Positions 59,106 to 64,000 of a DNA stretch of 64,000 bases are shown one piece after another. Made by a program: the position numbers and the translations under genes. Each line of letters starts with the position of its first letter. Positions within the stretch are counted from its first letter, which is position 1. The notes below the pieces were generated by a model. The model was not told where the DNA came from and did not search any database. It saw only the letters and a list, made by a program, of their open reading frames with translations. The stretch comes from an uncultured Gemmatimonadaceae bacterium. Its GTDB lineage: Bacteria; Gemmatimonadota; Gemmatimonadetes; Gemmatimonadales; Gemmatimonadaceae. The stretch lies in assembly GCA_963817955.1 (NCBI GenBank), contig CAWFQK010000004.1:1408001-1472000 (forward strand), in the 5' to 3' direction.

Positions 59106-60899
59106 ATGGGACTATTCTCCAAGGATCTCGTTCTCCTGCATCCGCCGTCAGTCTACGACTTCCGGCGGAACGGCACGTTGTTCGGCCCAATCAGCGACGT
59201 CATTCCATCCACGCCGGTGTTCGAGATGTATCCGATGGGTTTCACCACCATCGCCGCGCATCTCGAGAACGCGGGCTTCAACGTGGAGATCGTCAACATC
59301 GCGTACCGGATGTTGTCGGACGCCACATACGACGCCGAAGCTGCGATTGCCGCCTTGCATCCGCGCATCTTCGGCATTGATCTCCACTGGCTGCCGCACG
59401 CGCATGGCGCGCTGGAACTGGCGCGCATCGTCAAGAAGCACCACCCTGGGACGCCCGTCGTCATGGGCGGCCTGTCCGCGTCGTACTTCCACGAGGAGCT
59501 CGTCCGGTATCCCTGGGTCGATTACGTACTGCGCGGCGACTCGACTGAGGAGCCGATCCTCCAGCTGATGCAGGCGCTGCAAAGCGGCGACCCACCGACG
59601 GCGGTGCCGAACCTCACGTGGATCGACGCGCGCGGAGAGGTGGTGGTGAACCCGCTCACCCACGTGCCGGACGACATCGACGACATCGCCATCCCGAATT
59701 ACCGGTACGCGATTCGGTCGGTCTTCAAGTACGCGAGTCTGGCGAACGTCATTCCCTTCGTCGATTGGATGAGCTATCCGATAACCGGGCTCCTGACGTC
59801 GCGAGGGTGTTCGTTGGACTGCTCCATCTGTGGCGGGTCGCGGAGCGCGTACCGCACCATGTGCAACCGCCGGCGGCCGGCATTCCGCTCGCCGGAAGCC
59901 CTGATCCGCGACATCCGGCAGATCCGGGAATTCAGCGACGCGCCGATCATCCTGCTGAACGATATCCGCCATGGCGGCCGGGCCTATAGCGAACGTTTCC
60001 TCGATTTGCTGGAGCGCGAGCGCGCGCCGAACGAGATCATCTTCGAGTTGTTCTGGCCGGCGGACGACGCGTTCTTCGAGCGTGTCGCCCGAGCGTCGCC
60101 GCGGTTCAGCCTCGAGATGACGCCGGAGAGTCCAGACGAGGGGCTGCGACGCATCAACGGCAAGTTTGCGTGCACGAACGCGGAGATCGAGGACACCGTG
60201 GCGGCTGCGCTTCGCCATGGCGTGAATCGGATTGACATCTTCTTCATGGTCGGTATCCCCCGCCAGACCTATCTGCAGGCGGTCGGCGCCGTCGACTACT
60301 GCCGCGAGCTACTCGAGAAGTTCGCCGGTGACCACCGCCTGGCATTCTTCGTAGCTCCTCTCGGCCCGTTCCTCGATCCGGCGAGCCGGGCATTCGAGCA
60401 TCCAGAACAGTTCGGCTATCGACTCATTCACCGCACGCTCGAAGAGCATAGACGCGCGCTCACATCGCCGAGCTGGAAATACCTGCTGAACTATGAGATG
60501 GAGACGATGAGCCGTGACGACATCGTGGATGCGACGTACGAGTCGGCGCTACGGCTTGCTCGGCTCAAGCGCGACTACGGCTATATGGACGACGCCACGT
60601 GCGCCGAGCTCTCGGCGCGCATCGAGGCATCGCGCCACGCAATCGCCGAGGTGGACTGCATTCTCGCTCTGCCAGAAGGCGAGAACCGCGAGGATCGCCT
60701 CGCAGCCGTGCGCGCACGTTTCGCGGACTTGCCCGCGCAGACGGTGGCCGTGAAGCAGGAGCTCTTGCGCTGGCCAACCCCCGGGGGGTTCGCCAGCTCG
60801 GTGCGGCTGGCGCAGCTGGGCGCGCGGCTCATGCGCACAGAAGTCTATCTGTTCTCGAAGCGTGTGCGGCGGCTGTGGGCCGCACACGCCGATCCGTGA
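59106..60899 (+). CDS. B12-binding domain / radical SAM protein (resembles the TIGR04190 family)
   Basis: LLHPPSVYDFR..FEMYP.G, GIDLHWLPH, VMGGLSAS and RGCSLDCSIC. Confidence 0.88.
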   Translation: MGLFSKDLVLLHPPSVYDFRRNGTLFGPISDVIPSTPVFEMYPMGFTTIAAHLENAGFNVEIVNIAYRMLSDATYDAEAAIAALHPRIFGIDLHWLPHAHGALELARIVKKHHPGTPVVMGGLSASYFHEELVRYPWVDYVLRGDSTEEPILQLMQALQSGDPPTAVPNLTWIDARGEVVVNPLTHVPDDIDDIAIPNYRYAIRSVFKYASLANVIPFVDWMSYPITGLLTSRGCSLDCSICGGSRSAYRTMCNRRRPAFRSPEALIRDIRQIREFSDAPIILLNDIRHGGRAYSERFLDLLERERAPNEIIFELFWPADDAFFERVARASPRFSLEMTPESPDEGLRRINGKFACTNAEIEDTVAAALRHGVNRIDIFFMVGIPRQTYLQAVGAVDYCRELLEKFAGDHRLAFFVAPLGPFLDPASRAFEHPEQFGYRLIHRTLEEHRRALTSPSWKYLLNYEMETMSRDDIVDATYESALRLARLKRDYGYMDDATCAELSARIEASRHAIAEVDCILALPEGENREDRLAAVRARFADLPAQTVAVKQELLRWPTPGGFASSVRLAQLGARLMRTEVYLFSKRVRRLWAAHADP

Positions 60900-60903
60900 A
60901 CCT

Positions 60904-62916
60904 CTAACCTCCTACATGCGCCACCACTGCCGCCTTTGCGTTCCCCATCGGCGGCACTTTGTGGCACGACTCGCACGCACGACCAGGCTTGTGGTTCGTC
61001 TGCGCTACGTGGCACGTCGTGCACACCTGCCGCGACCAGTGATCCACGGCTGGCACTGACTTGTGACACTGAACGCACGCGACGTGATCGGTCGCCTTGT
61101 GCTTTGCCAGTGAGCCGCCACGATGACAGCTGAGGCATGCCGCCTGGGGCTGGTGGTGCTGCGCATGGCAGTTGTCGCAGTTCAGCGCACGCGCGCTCAT
61201 GGCCGGCGCCGTGTGGCACGCGCTGCATGCGACCTTGGCGGCGAGATGGGAGGCGTGCGTGAAGTCACCAGCGGGCGCGTGCAGCGTGTCGACCGGAACG
61301 CCCCCTGGGCCGGCATGGCACTGCGCACAGTTGCGCGCCTGCGCCTGCACGGACGGATGGTGGCACGCGTCGCAACTCGCCGCTGACTTGATCGTCGTGC
61401 CGCCGTGATCGGCGAATGACGTGTGACAGCCACTGCACTGGAGCCCGGCACGCAACACATGCTGCGAGTGATCGAACGACCGGCCGTCCAAGATGCCGCG
61501 CTGCTGCTCCACGCCCATGTGGCACTGCAGACATTCGTTATCGCTCACCGGCGGCCCCAGATTCACCACCGGCATGCGATACGACAGGTGCGTGTCGTCC
61601 GCCGCTTGGCGCACGAGCTCGAGCGAGCTCCGCAGCAACCCGTCGGCGTAGCTGATATTGTGCACGCCTTTGCCCGCGCGCACGAGCGCAATGTTCTCCG
61701 CCGCCATTCCGAGCAGGCTGTCGGCGACGGCGCGCTGGTTCAACGGCAACGCCACCGCCGCAGCGCGCGCTTGCTGCATGACAGGCTCCACCAGATTCAG
61801 CTTCCGATCCATCGCGCGCTGCCAGCTCGGAAGCATGTTTGCGTAGCGGACGCCGTGGCAAGACAGACAGGCGGACTCGTTCGCGACCTGCACCGTGCCG
61901 TGACCGGGCTTTCGAGACGCGTCGTTGTGGCATCCCACGCAGGAGACGCGGGCCTTGTACATCGAGCTCGGCCCCTTCTGCGTGAGATGTCCGCCGGTCC
62001 CGGCGTAGAGCTTCTGCTGCGCGACATGCGTGTTCTGATGGCAGCTCTTGCAGTCCAGCTCCACCGTGGTCGAGACGGAAATGATCCGGTGATCGATCCC
62101 GGTGTGGCATTGGACACACGCGATGTTCTCCTGCCCCACGTGCACTTTGTGCAGCATGGGCGAGTCCGTGATGCGCGCCAGTCGAGCGGGTTCGTTGTGG
62201 CAGGTGACACACCGGGCCGCATCCACGTTACCGGTGCCCTGGGTGACTTCGTTGTGGCATGACAGGCAGTCGATCCGATCCTTGACGTACTGCGGATGAT
62301 CGACGACGAAGCCCTCTTTGGAGTTGACCCGCGGCGGCGCGGGATGGCAGCCGGTGCAGGTGGCAAGCGGCTGGCCGTTGGGACGCCCCTTGAAGTGGCA
62401 GAGGACACAGGTGTTCTCGGTGACGGCAATGTGCGAGCCCTGCACGATCTGCGAGTGACAACTGGTGCAGTGCAGCTCAATGCCGCGACGCACCTGCCCG
62501 AGGTGACGTGTATGGTCAAAGCGTACTCCTTTGTAATCCACCTGCCCCTCGATGAGCCGCGTCGAGTGGCAGCCCGAACGGAGGCACGCCGCGTCATCCA
62601 TCTTCGCCCAGGGGCGAGTGTTGGCAGTACCAGTGAAGTACTTCACCACCATGTTCGCGGCCTGCACCTTGGTCATCGCCTCGGCTTTGATGCCCGGGGC
62701 GATGTGGCACTTGATACAGGCCACATCGCGATGCGTCGACTTCGTCCACGAGTCATGGTACGGCTTCATGATGTGGCAGCTACCGCAGAACCACGGTTGG
62801 CTGGACACCTGAACGAACGCGGTTGTGCTGACAGCAAGCAGGATGATGCCGAGGATGACTACAGGAACCGCGATGCGCGCAGCTCGCGACACCCGCCTAC
62901 GGGCTGTGGGCGACAT
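60904..62916 (-). CDS. Membrane-anchored multiheme cytochrome with NapC/NirT-like N-terminus (21 CxxCH + 1 CX4CH)
   Basis: N-terminal TM; SQPWFCGSCHIM..W..STH..CIKCH. Confidence 0.9.
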   Translation of the reverse strand: MSPTARRRVSRAARIAVPVVILGIILLAVSTTAFVQVSSQPWFCGSCHIMKPYHDSWTKSTHRDVACIKCHIAPGIKAEAMTKVQAANMVVKYFTGTANTRPWAKMDDAACLRSGCHSTRLIEGQVDYKGVRFDHTRHLGQVRRGIELHCTSCHSQIVQGSHIAVTENTCVLCHFKGRPNGQPLATCTGCHPAPPRVNSKEGFVVDHPQYVKDRIDCLSCHNEVTQGTGNVDAARCVTCHNEPARLARITDSPMLHKVHVGQENIACVQCHTGIDHRIISVSTTVELDCKSCHQNTHVAQQKLYAGTGGHLTQKGPSSMYKARVSCVGCHNDASRKPGHGTVQVANESACLSCHGVRYANMLPSWQRAMDRKLNLVEPVMQQARAAAVALPLNQRAVADSLLGMAAENIALVRAGKGVHNISYADGLLRSSLELVRQAADDTHLSYRMPVVNLGPPVSDNECLQCHMGVEQQRGILDGRSFDHSQHVLRAGLQCSGCHTSFADHGGTTIKSAASCDACHHPSVQAQARNCAQCHAGPGGVPVDTLHAPAGDFTHASHLAAKVACSACHTAPAMSARALNCDNCHAQHHQPQAACLSCHRGGSLAKHKATDHVACVQCHKSVPAVDHWSRQVCTTCHVAQTNHKPGRACESCHKVPPMGNAKAAVVAHVGG

Positions 62917-62919
62917 CGG

Positions 62920-64000
62920 TTATGGCTCCTCGTTCCCGGCGCCGCGGCGAAGCGCTCGCAGCGTGAGCCACGCCAGCGCGACCGCCGCCAACGAGAGGAA
63001 CCATACGGGGAGCAGCAGCAGCTTGTGCTCCAACAGCACCTCCTCGCTTGCGGCCGACATGCGATCGAGCTCGATCGATGCCGCGCTCACGCGACTCTCC
63101 TGGTTCTCAACGCGCTCGAGATCGAGCCCGTGCTGCACCTGTGCGATCTGTAGGTAGTCAGTGAGTGCCGACTGGTAACGGAAGCGCGCGTCGCTCGTGC
63201 GCTGCCCCGAAACCGCAAGACGGTCCACGGCGCGCTCGGCCGACCGCAGGTCCGAGGTCGCCTGCATCATGCGACGCTGCAGGTCTACACCGACCTGGTG
63301 TAGCTTCGTGTCGCGAGCGTGGCACCGGTCGCACATCGCGGAGATGCTGTCGTCAGCAATACGCTGCGTGCCGTGGTTCCCGTGGCACGCCAGGCACCCT
63401 TGGATCCGCCCCGCGCGCGTGGCGGGCCCGTGCGGCCCAGCATTGAATGCCTGTGCCACGAGCTGGTGGCAACTGCCGCAGACGCTCGACACCTCGGTGC
63501 GCGTGGGCGGCAGCGCCGAATGCGCACCGTGGCAAGCTACGCACGTTGGGGCGGCAAAGTCCCGCTTCTCGAACAATGTCTTGCCGTGCGCGCTGTTGCG
63601 GAACTGGTCGAGCTGGTCGGTACGCAAGTTGTACTTCTGCATCAGCCGCGTGTTGGCATGGCAGTGCCCGCACGTGGTTGGGATGTTGGTCGGATACACG
63701 CGACTGCGCGCATCGTACGGCGGATAGATGATGTGCGTGCCATGACAATCGGTGCACGTTGGTGCATCGACGTTGTTCCCCGCGAACAGAAGCTGCCCGT
63801 GGCGGCTGGTGCGGAACTCCGCGAGCTGGCCGGTGGGCAACCCATACTCGCGCATCCTATTTGGATCAGAGTGGCATGAGCCGCACAGCCGTGCAACAGC
63901 TACCTTGTTCAGCGCGCCGGTGAAGCCGTTGCCGTGCGCCGCGGGAAGGAGGCGTGCAGAAGGATCGCCGCCGTGGCAGTCGACACAGCGCACGCCGTGC
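62920..64000 (-). CDS. Multiheme cytochrome c (at least 8 CxxCH) with C-terminal coiled coil and TM; 5' end outside the window
   Basis: Open frame to the window edge; APTC..CH repeats. Confidence 0.85.
   Translation of the reverse strand, partial: HGVRCVDCHGGDPSARLLPAAHGNGFTGALNKVAVARLCGSCHSDPNRMREYGLPTGQLAEFRTSRHGQLLFAGNNVDAPTCTDCHGTHIIYPPYDARSRVYPTNIPTTCGHCHANTRLMQKYNLRTDQLDQFRNSAHGKTLFEKRDFAAPTCVACHGAHSALPPTRTEVSSVCGSCHQLVAQAFNAGPHGPATRAGRIQGCLACHGNHGTQRIADDSISAMCDRCHARDTKLHQVGVDLQRRMMQATSDLRSAERAVDRLAVSGQRTSDARFRYQSALTDYLQIAQVQHGLDLERVENQESRVSAASIELDRMSAASEEVLLEHKLLLLPVWFLSLAAVALAWLTLRALRRGAGNEEP

Noticed and set aside
53508..64000. MtrCAB, NrfAH or OmcS assignment
   Set aside because: No adjacent MtrB-like barrel, no CxxCK motif seen, and the heme counts and spacings do not clearly match; cannot be named without searches.

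Overview
High-GC bacterial window. The TonB and carboxypeptidase-regulatory-domain genes suggest Gemmatimonadota (inference). Left to right: CopD, a methyltransferase, a LytS/LytTR pair, a DMT transporter, an L,D-transpeptidase, an S1/P1 nuclease and a VOC protein; an aroF-chorismate mutase-tyrA operon behind an unannotated, apparently leaderless Tyr-rich attenuator peptide; a selenocysteine (UGA + SECIS) NAD-linked formate dehydrogenase operon with fdhD and fhs; mgtE and envelope genes; a stress/low-oxygen-like block (P1B-5 ATPase, USP, CBS, MlaE/D, Hsp20, eRF1-like protein) next to a complete V/A-type ATPase operon; ccmABCDEFGH; and a multiheme cytochrome cluster (62 CxxCH motifs counted by eye in five proteins, plus a b-type cytochrome) with a B12-binding radical SAM gene inside it. 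A family of nested-inverted-repeat, non-coding elements with a conserved structured core occurs in three full copies and two fragments. Several genes carry homopolymer frameshifts or internal deletions, which could be real or assembly errors. No rRNA, tRNA, CRISPR array or transposase was seen. All calls come from reading the sequence by eye; no searches were run.
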